Positions 38,011-46,277 of a stretch of DNA of 46,277 nt are shown in pieces. Source of the stretch: Simkaniaceae bacterium (GTDB lineage: Bacteria > Chlamydiota > Chlamydiia > Chlamydiales > JAJFMI01). The stretch lies in assembly GCA_040880145.1 (NCBI GenBank), contig JBBDIZ010000007.1:270-46546 (forward strand), read 5' to 3'. A model generated the notes under the pieces. That model had not been told where the DNA came from. It worked only from the letters and a program-made list of their open reading frames with translations, and did not search any database. The position numbers and the translations under genes are program-made. Within the stretch, counting starts at the first letter, position 1; the number at the start of each line of letters is the position of its first letter.

Positions 38011-38380
38011 GATTAGTGTTTTTTTTGGCCTTTCTATAGGGCTTTCAGTGGCATCAATCAAAATCACTTCAAATTCAGTATCACTCTTAAGTAGAGTCTT
38101 TTTTCCTGGAAGAGATAATACTTTGCTTTTGACTAAGATGTCTTCAATCCACTTACAATTTCTATAAATGAAAATAGGTCCTATATTCTCTTAAGTATTC
38201 TAAGGCCATAAGTAGTTTATCCTCGATAACAAGACGCGAAGGCTTTCCACCCCGGGACATTCTTTGCTTCTTGGCCTCTTTGACTATTGAGATCATTTGT
38301 ACAAAAGTCTCCTTTCGTACTCCCGTTAACCTTCTAAATTCAATGGATAAAAGTTTCTGTATAGCTTCGTATTTCTGCAT
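38010..38380 (-). pseudogene. Frameshifted, truncated IS5-family transposase
   Basis: FRRLTGV...LEYLREYRTYFH-stop. Another frame continues CKWIEDIL...IDATESPIERPKK. The rest of the DDE domain is absent. Confidence 0.85.
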
Positions 38381-38457
38381 AGATGACCAATAGATTTGAG
38401 AAACAGATCTTTATATTAAAAAATAGTATTGTGTGTCAGAACTTTTTCAAACTTTTC

Positions 38458-38493
38458 GGGCAAGGGCAAGGGCAAGGGCACGGGCAAGGGCAC
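38458..38493 (+). repeat. Subterminal hexamer array (GGGCAM)x6
   Basis: GGGCAA GGGCAA GGGCAA GGGCAC GGGCAA GGGCAC. Confidence 0.92.
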
Positions 38494-38516
38494 GGAATTG
38501 GGGTTATGCAAGATGT

Positions 38517-39485
38517 CTAATGTCTTAATAGCTTCTCGTTTGAAACAGAAGGAGTCGTCTGAATAATGCGGATGATCGTCTCGATCCAAGCATCGCTTTG
38601 GTTAAATGCAGGACATCGAAAAACCTCAAAACCCTTCGCTTTCAATGGGGCCATATAATCCTCTTCGATTTCAAAAAGCGTTTCAATGTGATCAGATGTA
38701 AAGCTTAAAGGAATAAAAAGTATTTTGTTTTTTCCTTTCGCATAGTCTTCAATACTTTTGACAACCGATCGCGTATAGGGCTTAAGCCAAAGGCCCGGTC
38801 CGAATTTAGATTGGTAGCAAAGAAGAGAAGAGGCCTTTTTGAAAGCTTTTAGAATAGCTTGAAAAGAACGCTCGCATTCAAGCGGATAGGAATCCCCTTG
38901 ATCCACGAATTTTTTTGGAATTCCATGAGCGGAGAAAAGAAATAAGCACTCTTGCTGCTCTAGATTTTTCTCATCTAAGCAAGCCTTAATTTGACCCTGA
39001 AAAAGCGAAATATAGTCCGGGTGGTCAGGATATGAGCGAATCCAATGCAAATTCTTTTGGAATTGAGGCGGCATTTTTTTGTGAAAGTAGGTTGCAATAG
39101 AGCCCGTTGTTGCTGTTGTAAACTGCGGGAAAAAAGGGAAGACGACATAGTCTTCATTTTTTAACTCGGAGAAAAACTTTTCGTGAGTTTTTGGAAGATA
39201 ACGATGAAAAGTGAGCACTTTTCGATTCAGCCGTTTTGCCACTTCTTTTGCGATCAATTCAGTATCTTCAAAAATAGGAGAAAAGCCTCCGATTTTTTCA
39301 TAATCAGGAGTGATTTTTTTAGAGCGCTTTTTTGCGATTGCCTTGAAGAGGAGGGAGTGAATTGGCTTTGGGAGGGGCGTTCGAATTACCTCTTTGTCGC
39401 ATAAAAGAGCCGAAAGAAATTCAGGGATTTCATCAAGGGTTCGAGGTCCGCCGAAATTGACAAGCAGGATAGGAAAGTTATTCAT
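38517..39485 (-). CDS. hemH: Ferrochelatase
   Basis: LLVNFGGP, IGGFSP, FSAHG.P, YQSKFGP..WL.P, FTSDHIETL.EI. Confidence 0.95.
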   Translation of the reverse strand: MNNFPILLVNFGGPRTLDEIPEFLSALLCDKEVIRTPLPKPIHSLLFKAIAKKRSKKITPDYEKIGGFSPIFEDTELIAKEVAKRLNRKVLTFHRYLPKTHEKFFSELKNEDYVVFPFFPQFTTATTGSIATYFHKKMPPQFQKNLHWIRSYPDHPDYISLFQGQIKACLDEKNLEQQECLFLFSAHGIPKKFVDQGDSYPLECERSFQAILKAFKKASSLLCYQSKFGPGLWLKPYTRSVVKSIEDYAKGKNKILFIPLSFTSDHIETLFEIEEDYMAPLKAKGFEVFRCPAFNQSDAWIETIIRIIQTTPSVSNEKLLRH

Positions 39486-40050
39486 GGGTATTTTTTAAAA
39501 GAACAAATTCAACTTGATCGAGATCAATAGTCGTATTCAGCCGGTCTTTGTATACTAACCTGACTGATTTTTTGATATCCTCTGTTCGGTTTAAATGCAG
39601 GTAATAGATTCCAGGTTTTTCTTTTTTATTCAGGTAAGCCTCTCGATAAGCTGTAAAAATATCTATTCTTTTTTTTATGAGCTCTTCATACTTCTGCACA
39701 TATTGAGGCATAAAGGTGTAAGGTAGAGGTAAAAAATTGCGCCAGGTATGACGTCCGAAATGGGATTGTCGGAAAAACTTGAGAAAAAATTGCCCATCGG
39801 CGCTTTCAAAAAGGTAACAGCTCGATTGCTTGCCCTTGTAATGATAGGGCTGATCGAATGTTGAGAGGAGATTTTTAGTCTCTTCATCGCTTAATTTTGG
39901 CATCTCCCATCTGGGATCATTTTTTAATGTGGTGGTGATTTTACGAAGAGTAAACCCTTTTTTTCGAGTACAACCACTAAAAGATAAAAGAAGAAAAATA
40001 GGGATTATGAAGATTTTTATAAGCACTAAGTACTTGTGACAATTCATCAT
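39478..40050 (-). CDS. Hypothetical membrane protein or lipoprotein (about 190 aa)
   Basis: Start placed at MMNCHK because the upstream part is antisense to the ATPase. Hydrophobic segment ends FSGC; DQPYHYKGK...YLFESADGQFFLKFF. Confidence 0.6.
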   Translation of the reverse strand: MMNCHKYLVLIKIFIIPIFLLLSFSGCTRKKGFTLRKITTTLKNDPRWEMPKLSDEETKNLLSTFDQPYHYKGKQSSCYLFESADGQFFLKFFRQSHFGRHTWRNFLPLPYTFMPQYVQKYEELIKKRIDIFTAYREAYLNKKEKPGIYYLHLNRTEDIKKSVRLVYKDRLNTTIDLDQVEFVLLKNTHE

Positions 40051-40072
40051 AATAAGGATTATAAGAATAATT

Positions 40073-42223
40073 ATGAGAAAATCAAGTTTAAAGGTTGCAG
40101 GCCTGCACTGCTCGAGTGAAATTACTCTTTTGAAAAAAACGCTTCTAAAGGAAAAAGGCGTTGAGTCGATTGAGTTTGATCTTCTAAAAGAGAAGATGAT
40201 CATCACCCATGATGAAGAGATCCTTTCGCTTAAAATGATTATAGAGAAGATTCGACCAACGGGTATGCGAGCTTTTCCATGGGAAGAGCGTGATCGATTA
40301 AGTGAAAAAGAGCGCCGATATAAAAAAGCAAAAAATCTTTTCATTTTTTTGAGCGGGATCTCTTTATTCATCGGACTTCTTATTCAGCTTAGAGATCAAG
40401 GCAGTTTTATCGAGCTTTTTGGAAGCTTTAGTGAAAGTGAAAAGCTGCCTCTTTCAATTGGAGCTGTGGTCTGCTATCTCTTTGTGATTTTTTTCGGAGG
40501 TTTTTTTCTCTTTCCAAAAGCGATAAAGGCTTTAAAAACGCTTCGATTCGATATGAACCTTTTGATGCTGATGGCGCTTATAGGGGCGCTTTTTCTTGGT
40601 GAGTGGTTTGAAGGAGCCATGCTTGTTTTCCTTTTTTCGGTTGCAAATACATTAGAGGAGTGGAGTGTTGGGCGCGCTAGACGCTCGATTCAAGCATTAC
40701 TGACCGCAACACCCCAAACGGCGACCCTGATTCTCAAAGATCACAAAAAAGAGATCCCTGTTGAAGAGGTTCCTTTAAACTCCCTTGTCGAGGTAAAGCC
40801 TGGAGAGAAAATCCCACTCGATGGAGAGGTTGTTGATGGGACAAGCTCTGTGAATCAAGCGCCGATTACCGGAGAATCTTCACTTGTTTTAAAAGAGGCG
40901 GGATCAGAAGTTTTTGCAGGAACGATCAATGAGGAAGGCCCTCTTGTCATTCGAACAACTAAGGAGGCCGGCGACACAAAGATTGCAAAAATCCTTCGGC
41001 TCATTGAAAAGTCTTCAGAGACAAAAGCTCCCAAAGAGGAGTGGGTGATGCGCTTTAGTCGAATTTATACCCCCATCATGATGGCGATAAGCGTTTCTAT
41101 AGCCCTTTTTCCCCCTCTGTTTTTGGGTGGGGATTTTGCAAGTTGGTTCTATCGCGCGCTAGTGGTTTTAGTGGTAGCCTGTCCCTGTGCTCTTGTGATA
41201 TCGACGCCGGTGAGCATTGTTTCCGCGCTAACATTAGCCGCTCGACAAGGACTCCTAATCAAAGGAGGACGCTACTTAGAAATCGCCGCCTCATTAAAAG
41301 TCATGGCATTTGATAAAACAGGAACCCTAACCAATGGAAAGATGTCCTTAGAGTCGATTTTGCCAATGGGCGACATCCAAGAGGAGGAAATTCTCCAAAT
41401 AGCCGCCTCATTAGAATCCTCATCGAACCACCCCATTGCGGTGGCTATATTAAAAAAATATGGAAAATCATCCCACTTGCAAGTGGCTGACTACACTCTG
41501 ATCAAAGGAAAAGGAGCGGAAGGAACGATTCAGGGAACACGCTACTTTATTGGCTCACATAGATTTCTTCATGAAAAAAATATCGAAACGGAATCCATCC
41601 ATGAGAAAGCTAACGCGCTTGAAGATGCAGGTCATACTGTACTTGCACTTGGAACAAGTGAAAAAGTAATCGCTCTTCTCTCTCTTTCCGACACTCTTCG
41701 AAAAGATGTAAAAGAGACGCTCGCTGCACTAAGAGAGGGCGGGGTTAAAGAAATAATGATGCTAACCGGCGATAATGTAAAAACGGCACAAAGCATAGCT
41801 GAAGCTGTTGGAATAGAAAAATATCTAGCTGAGCTTCTACCTGAAGATAAAGTTGAAGCCATCCATCACTTAAGAGAGCGCTCAAATGGAATCGCTATGG
41901 TTGGAGATGGAATCAATGATGCTCCGGCGATGGCCGCATCCGATCTCGGAATTGCTATGGGAGCTATTGGGACAGATGTCGCGATCGAAACGGCTGATAT
42001 TGCCTTAATGAGTGATGATTTAAGCAAGCTGCCCTTTTTGCTCCGTCATGCAAAAAGAGCGATGAAGATCATCAAGCAAAACATCACCTTTTCTCTATCG
42101 CTAAAATTTATCTTCCTCATCCTGGCGATATTGGGGTTTGCCTCAATCTGGATGGCCATAGCAGCAGACACAGGGGCAACACTTCTTGTGATCTTTAATG
42201 GGCTGCGCCTGCTTCATCGGTAG
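40073..42223 (+). CDS. P1B-type heavy-metal ATPase (ZntA/CadA-like)
   Basis: HMA-like [29 protein letters not shown]. Confidence 0.93.
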   Translation: MRKSSLKVAGLHCSSEITLLKKTLLKEKGVESIEFDLLKEKMIITHDEEILSLKMIIEKIRPTGMRAFPWEERDRLSEKERRYKKAKNLFIFLSGISLFIGLLIQLRDQGSFIELFGSFSESEKLPLSIGAVVCYLFVIFFGGFFLFPKAIKALKTLRFDMNLLMLMALIGALFLGEWFEGAMLVFLFSVANTLEEWSVGRARRSIQALLTATPQTATLILKDHKKEIPVEEVPLNSLVEVKPGEKIPLDGEVVDGTSSVNQAPITGESSLVLKEAGSEVFAGTINEEGPLVIRTTKEAGDTKIAKILRLIEKSSETKAPKEEWVMRFSRIYTPIMMAISVSIALFPPLFLGGDFASWFYRALVVLVVACPCALVISTPVSIVSALTLAARQGLLIKGGRYLEIAASLKVMAFDKTGTLTNGKMSLESILPMGDIQEEEILQIAASLESSSNHPIAVAILKKYGKSSHLQVADYTLIKGKGAEGTIQGTRYFIGSHRFLHEKNIETESIHEKANALEDAGHTVLALGTSEKVIALLSLSDTLRKDVKETLAALREGGVKEIMMLTGDNVKTAQSIAEAVGIEKYLAELLPEDKVEAIHHLRERSNGIAMVGDGINDAPAMAASDLGIAMGAIGTDVAIETADIALMSDDLSKLPFLLRHAKRAMKIIKQNITFSLSLKFIFLILAILGFASIWMAIAADTGATLLVIFNGLRLLHR

Positions 42224-43301
42224 AGGCGAGGTCTGCGTCGACCATCATAAAAATTAGTTCATCAAAGGGCGTTTTTGATGGATTCCATTTTAGTTTTTCC
42301 ATTGCAAAAGAGGGGTCACCGATAAGAAGAGGAACTTCAGTTGGCCGGAAATAGCGCTCATCAATAGCAACGCGAATCTTCCCCGTTTCTCGATCGAGGC
42401 CCTTTTCATCTATTCCGCTTCCTTCCCAAACAATATCGATGCCGACACGTGCAAAAGCCTTTTCGACAAATTCGCGTACGGAATGGGTCTCTCCTGTAGC
42501 GATTACAAAGTCTTCAGGTTCATCCAGCTGGAGCATCAGCCACATCGCCTCGACGTAGTCTCTCGCATAACCCCAATCGCGCTTTGCATCGAGATTTCCA
42601 AGATAGAGAGACTCTTGCAGCCCCCCCTTGATTTTGGCAACAGCCTGCGTAATTTTTCGTGTTACAAAGGTGCACCCCCGCCTTGGAGATTCATGGTTGA
42701 AAAGGATTCCATTACAGGCAAATAACCCGTAAGCTTCGCGGTAGTTTTTTGTAATCCAATAGGCATAGAGTTTTGCAGCGGCGTAAGGAGAGCGCGGGTA
42801 AAAAGGAGTCTGCTCATTTTGAGGAATTTCCTGAACAAGACCATACATTTCACTCGTTGAAGCTTGATAGTACTTAGTCGAAGATTCGAGGCCAAGCAGA
42901 CGAATCGCCTCTAAAATACGAAGGGATCCAAGTGCGTCTGTATTTCCTGTGTATTCAGGCACTTCAAAAGAGACCTTCACATGGCTTTGAGCGGCTAAAT
43001 TGTAGATCTCGTGAGGTTTGATCGATTTGATTAGGCGAATGATATTGGTGCTATCTGTTAAATCGCCGTAATGCAAAATAAAAGTGCGTCGATTCATTTC
43101 AGGGCCTTGATACAAATGATCGATTCTCCTTGTATTGATTGAAGAAGAGCGTCGAATTACGCCATGAACCTCGTACCCTTTTTCTAGTAGAAACTCAGCA
43201 AGATAGGAACCATCTTGCCCTGTAACACCAAAGATCAACGCGCGTTTTTCCCCGCTTGCAAACAGGAAAAAGGGAAGAATGATAAGGAATAATCGTTTCA
43301 T
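42195..43301 (-). CDS. gmd: GDP-mannose 4,6-dehydratase with a signal-peptide-like N-terminus
   Basis: [44 protein letters not shown]. Confidence 0.96.
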   Translation of the reverse strand: MKRLFLIILPFFLFASGEKRALIFGVTGQDGSYLAEFLLEKGYEVHGVIRRSSSINTRRIDHLYQGPEMNRRTFILHYGDLTDSTNIIRLIKSIKPHEIYNLAAQSHVKVSFEVPEYTGNTDALGSLRILEAIRLLGLESSTKYYQASTSEMYGLVQEIPQNEQTPFYPRSPYAAAKLYAYWITKNYREAYGLFACNGILFNHESPRRGCTFVTRKITQAVAKIKGGLQESLYLGNLDAKRDWGYARDYVEAMWLMLQLDEPEDFVIATGETHSVREFVEKAFARVGIDIVWEGSGIDEKGLDRETGKIRVAIDERYFRPTEVPLLIGDPSFAMEKLKWNPSKTPFDELIFMMVDADLASTDEAGAAH

Positions 43302-44290
43302 TTAATAAAGTCTCTGTTAGTTAAAAACCAATCAATTGTGCTATCAATTCCCTCTGTTAGAGAAATGGTTGGAGACCAGCCGAGGTTCTCAATTTTTTCA
43401 ATCGAAGTCACTTTTCGTGGTGTGCCATCCGGTTTAGACGCGTCAAAAAGAATCTCCCCTTCATAACCTACCCTTTCTTTAATTAGCATGGCTAAATCAA
43501 AAATAGAGATATCTTTACCGCATCCCACGTTAATAATATCGGGCTCATCATAGTGATTCATTAAAAAGAGAGAGGCCTCAGCGAGATCTTCGACGTGAAG
43601 GAACTCACGGAGAGGCTTTCCCGATCCCCAAAGCTTAACATTTGGAAGATGGTTCTCTTTGGCTTCAATAAACTTACGAATAAGAGCAGGAAGGACGTGG
43701 CTTGTTTTTAAATCAAAATTGTCGAAAGGTCCGTAAAGATTCGTGGGCATCAAACAAATGTAGTTCGTATCAAATTTTTTGTGATAATTTTGAGCTAAAT
43801 GAATAGAAGCAATTTTAGCAACTGCATAGGCATCATTTGTGGTTTCTAAGGGACCTGTCATCAAATAGTCTTCCCGAATCGGTTGAGGACAGTCGCGAGG
43901 ATAGATGCAAGTTGATCCTAAGACAAGAACCTTTTTTGCGTGGGTTATTGCAGCAGAATGAATAATATTCGATGAGATCATCAAATTGTTATAAATAAAA
44001 TCAGCTTTATTTTTATAATTTGCAAGAATTCCTCCAACCTTTGCAGCGGCAATAAAAACATAGTCAGGCCTTTCTTCTTCAAAAAAAGCCATGGTCTTTT
44101 CCTGTGAGCAAAGATCGAGTTCTTTAGAAGTACGCACAACGATATTCTCATACCCTTTATCTTTGAGCTTTTTTATAATTGCACGGCCTACAAGACCATT
44201 GTGCCCGGCAACATAAATTTTACTCTCTAAGGGAATTTCTCCTTTAAGAGTACAAGATAAAAAGATGAGCAGAAAAAAAATGCTTTTCAT
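43298..44290 (-). CDS. fcl: GDP-L-fucose synthase with a signal-peptide-like N-terminus
   Basis: [48 protein letters not shown]. Confidence 0.95.
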   Translation of the reverse strand: MKSIFFLLIFLSCTLKGEIPLESKIYVAGHNGLVGRAIIKKLKDKGYENIVVRTSKELDLCSQEKTMAFFEEERPDYVFIAAAKVGGILANYKNKADFIYNNLMISSNIIHSAAITHAKKVLVLGSTCIYPRDCPQPIREDYLMTGPLETTNDAYAVAKIASIHLAQNYHKKFDTNYICLMPTNLYGPFDNFDLKTSHVLPALIRKFIEAKENHLPNVKLWGSGKPLREFLHVEDLAEASLFLMNHYDEPDIINVGCGKDISIFDLAMLIKERVGYEGEILFDASKPDGTPRKVTSIEKIENLGWSPTISLTEGIDSTIDWFLTNRDFIK

Positions 44291-44351
44291 GGAGAATCTA
44301 TCAGGGTTTTTCAAGCATTTTACAAAAGTGAAGATTTTTTACCAGAGGAAT

Positions 44352-45353
44352 TCACCATAAGTCTCTGTTATTTAAGAACCAATCAATTGTGCTATCAATT
44401 CCCTCTGTTAGAGAAATGGTTGGAGACCAGCCGAGGTTTTCAATTTCTTCAATCGAAGTCACTTTTCGTGGTGCGCCATCCGGTTTAGACGCGTCAAAAA
44501 GAATCTCCCCTTCATAACCTACCCTTTCCTTAATTAGCATGGCTAAATCAAAAATAGAGATATCTTTACCGCATCCTGCATTAATAATATCGGGCTCATC
44601 ATAGTGATTCATTAAAAAGAGAGAGGCATCCGCGAGATCTTCGACGTGAAGGAACTCAAAGAAATCAAGGAGAGGCTTTTCCGATCCCCAAAGCTTAACA
44701 TTGGGAAGATGGTTCTCTTTGGCTTCAATAAATTTACGAATAAGAGCAGGAAGGACTTGGGAGTTTGTATTAAAATCAAAATTGTCGAAAGGTCCGTAAA
44801 GATTTACGGGCATTAAACAAATATAGTTGGTATCAAATTTTTGGTGATATTTATGACCTAAATGAAAAGGAGCAAGTTTAGTAATTGCATAGCCATCATT
44901 TGTGATTTCTAAGGGACTTGTTATCAAATAATCGTGAGGATATAAGCAAGTTGATCCCAAAATAAGAACTTTTTTTACGTCGGTTATCGCAGCAGAATGA
45001 ATAATATTTGGTGAGGGCATCCAACTGCTATCGATACACGCCGCTTTATCTAGAGGAATACACTCAGCTTCATTTAGAGGATTTGCAAGCATTCCGCCAA
45101 CCCTTTCAGTGACAAGAAAAACATAGTCAGGCCTTTCTTCTTCAAAGAAAGCCAGGGTCTCTTTCCGTGAGCGAAGATCGAGTTCTTTAGAAGTACGCAC
45201 AATGATATGCTCATACCCCTTATCTTCGAGCTTTTTTACAATTGCACGGCCTACAAGACCATCGTGGCCGGCAACATAGATTTTACTCTCCAAAGGAATT
45301 TCTCCTTTAAGAGAACAAGATAAAAAGACAAGCAGAAAAAAAATATTTTTCAT
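44352..45353 (-). CDS. Diverged tandem duplicate of GDP-L-fucose synthase
   Basis: Long near-identical DNA stretches shared with fcl; in-frame indels; SHVLPA changed to SQVLPA. Confidence 0.8.
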   Translation of the reverse strand: MKNIFFLLVFLSCSLKGEIPLESKIYVAGHDGLVGRAIVKKLEDKGYEHIIVRTSKELDLRSRKETLAFFEEERPDYVFLVTERVGGMLANPLNEAECIPLDKAACIDSSWMPSPNIIHSAAITDVKKVLILGSTCLYPHDYLITSPLEITNDGYAITKLAPFHLGHKYHQKFDTNYICLMPVNLYGPFDNFDFNTNSQVLPALIRKFIEAKENHLPNVKLWGSEKPLLDFFEFLHVEDLADASLFLMNHYDEPDIINAGCGKDISIFDLAMLIKERVGYEGEILFDASKPDGAPRKVTSIEEIENLGWSPTISLTEGIDSTIDWFLNNRDLW

Positions 45354-45439
45354 GGAGAGCCTATTAGGTTTTTTTAAGGATTTTATAAAAAATGAAGATT
45401 TTTTGCCACAGAAATTCACCTATGATATGAGTAAGGTTT

Positions 45440-46189
45440 ATGATTAAAACAAAAACCTTACTCAAGCTCGGGCTTCTTTGGACTTTATTTTCATGCAGCA
45501 CCTTTAGAGAGCCGACCTATACGATTGGGATCGATCCCACATTTTTTCCCCACGATTTTATGGAGCAGGGGGCTTATGTTTTTGGCTTTATCGAGGATCT
45601 TCTCAAAGAAATTGGGAAGAAAGAAGGAGTTCACTTCACAAGAGTCATGTACAACTGGGATAATCTTAAACAAGGTCTTGATGAAAAACAGTATAATGGG
45701 ATGATCAGTTTTATGGAGTTATCGCTTCCAAATCTTGATGATTATTCTTTTTCAGACCCTATCTTGCTAACGGGCCCCGTATTAGTATTGAGGCAAAATG
45801 AAGAGGCGCGCTCGTTTGGAGATATGCAGAGCAAAGAAATTGCAGTTGAAAACGGATCAGCCGGAGAGAGTTTAATCGAGCGTGAAAGCGGAATTTATAT
45901 GCGCCATTATGAAACGGTAGCGGGGGCGTTGCTGGACGTTGTTGAGGGAAAATATGATGGAGCAATGGTGCCGTATCTTACGGCTGTGGCCTATCTTAAA
46001 AATCTTTATCGAGGCCGATTGAAAATCGTGACAAAACCCATGACGAAAGCCGGAATTCGTTTGATTACGCTGAGTGAAGAGGAGAAAGCATTGGTTGATA
46101 AATTTAACCATGGTTTTCAAAAATTAAAAAAGGAGGGAAAATATGATAAACTCCTTGAAAAGTGGTCTTTAGGGCCAGATCCTTCTTGA
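45440..46189 (+). CDS. Amino-acid ABC transporter substrate-binding lipoprotein (family 3, ArtJ/GlnH-like)
   Basis: Lipobox LFSC, GID.TFFP, FSDP, KEGKYDKLLEKW. Confidence 0.85.
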   Translation: MIKTKTLLKLGLLWTLFSCSTFREPTYTIGIDPTFFPHDFMEQGAYVFGFIEDLLKEIGKKEGVHFTRVMYNWDNLKQGLDEKQYNGMISFMELSLPNLDDYSFSDPILLTGPVLVLRQNEEARSFGDMQSKEIAVENGSAGESLIERESGIYMRHYETVAGALLDVVEGKYDGAMVPYLTAVAYLKNLYRGRLKIVTKPMTKAGIRLITLSEEEKALVDKFNHGFQKLKKEGKYDKLLEKWSLGPDPS

Positions 46190-46223
46190 AGTTGTTTCGG
46201 TATGCTACAAAAATTTTAGAGCT

Positions 46224-46277
46224 GTCAAATACCCACGACTAAAGTCGAGGGCTTGTAGCTAGCCAAAGAAACCGCTA
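46224..46277 (+). mobile_element. End of an IS200/IS605-superfamily element (HEARO/IscB omegaRNA-like start), cut by the window end
   Basis: GTCAAATACCCACGACTAAAGTCGAGGGCTTG: hairpin CCC.CGAC-TAAA-GTCG.GGG in a GTCAA-TACCC...CTAAAG...GGGCTTG context. Confidence 0.65.

Larger units (their letters stand above)
37955..38519. mobile_element. Non-autonomous IS5-family (ISL2-like) element with perfect 24-bp TIRs
   Basis: TAGACATCTTGCATAACCCCAATT (37955-78) and its exact reverse complement (38496-519); encloses a transposase remnant. Confidence 0.85.

Noticed and set aside
37982..38493. CRISPR array
   Set aside because: These are hexamer microsatellites without spacers, and no cas genes are present.
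40051..40371. N-terminal extension of the 297-aa minus-strand ORF
   Set aside because: It is antisense to the well-supported P1B ATPase; the real start is more likely near 40050.
1268..46120. Numerous 60-113 aa ORFs nested in or antisense to assigned genes
   Set aside because: They are shadow ORFs with no motifs or independent expression signals.

Overview
Chromosomal segment of an environmental Chlamydiota bacterium, probably Simkania/Rhabdochlamydia-like. This assignment is inferred from the gene content and order, not from a database search. Conserved chlamydial blocks: parA plus pGP6-D-like; pbp2, tRNA-Gly, rpsB-tsf-pyrH-frr, tRNA-Glu, tRNA-Lys; mcsA-mcsB-ispD; rsmB; rmlC-rmlD-rmlB-kdsB-sufBCDS; T3SS sctJ-(sctK-like)-sctL-sctR-sctS-sctT; glycosyltransferases; hemH; a P1B ATPase; gmd-fcl; an amino-acid binding protein. 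Notable accessory content: (1) a 2-kb polymorphic toxin/immunity cassette that appears to split a small IS200/IS605 (omegaRNA-like) element, since removing it rebuilds a perfect 12-bp hairpin; (2) GDP-fucose enzymes Gmd and two Fcl copies that all carry signal-peptide-like N-termini, with the duplicate Fcl lacking the epimerase His; (3) five tandem MOMP-like porins, one with a Cys/Pro repeat; (4) a non-autonomous IS5-family element with 24-bp TIRs and G-quadruplex-like hexamer arrays; (5) an F-box-like protein; (6) an IS200/IS605 or HEARO-like end at the window edge. No CRISPR array or rRNA gene was seen.
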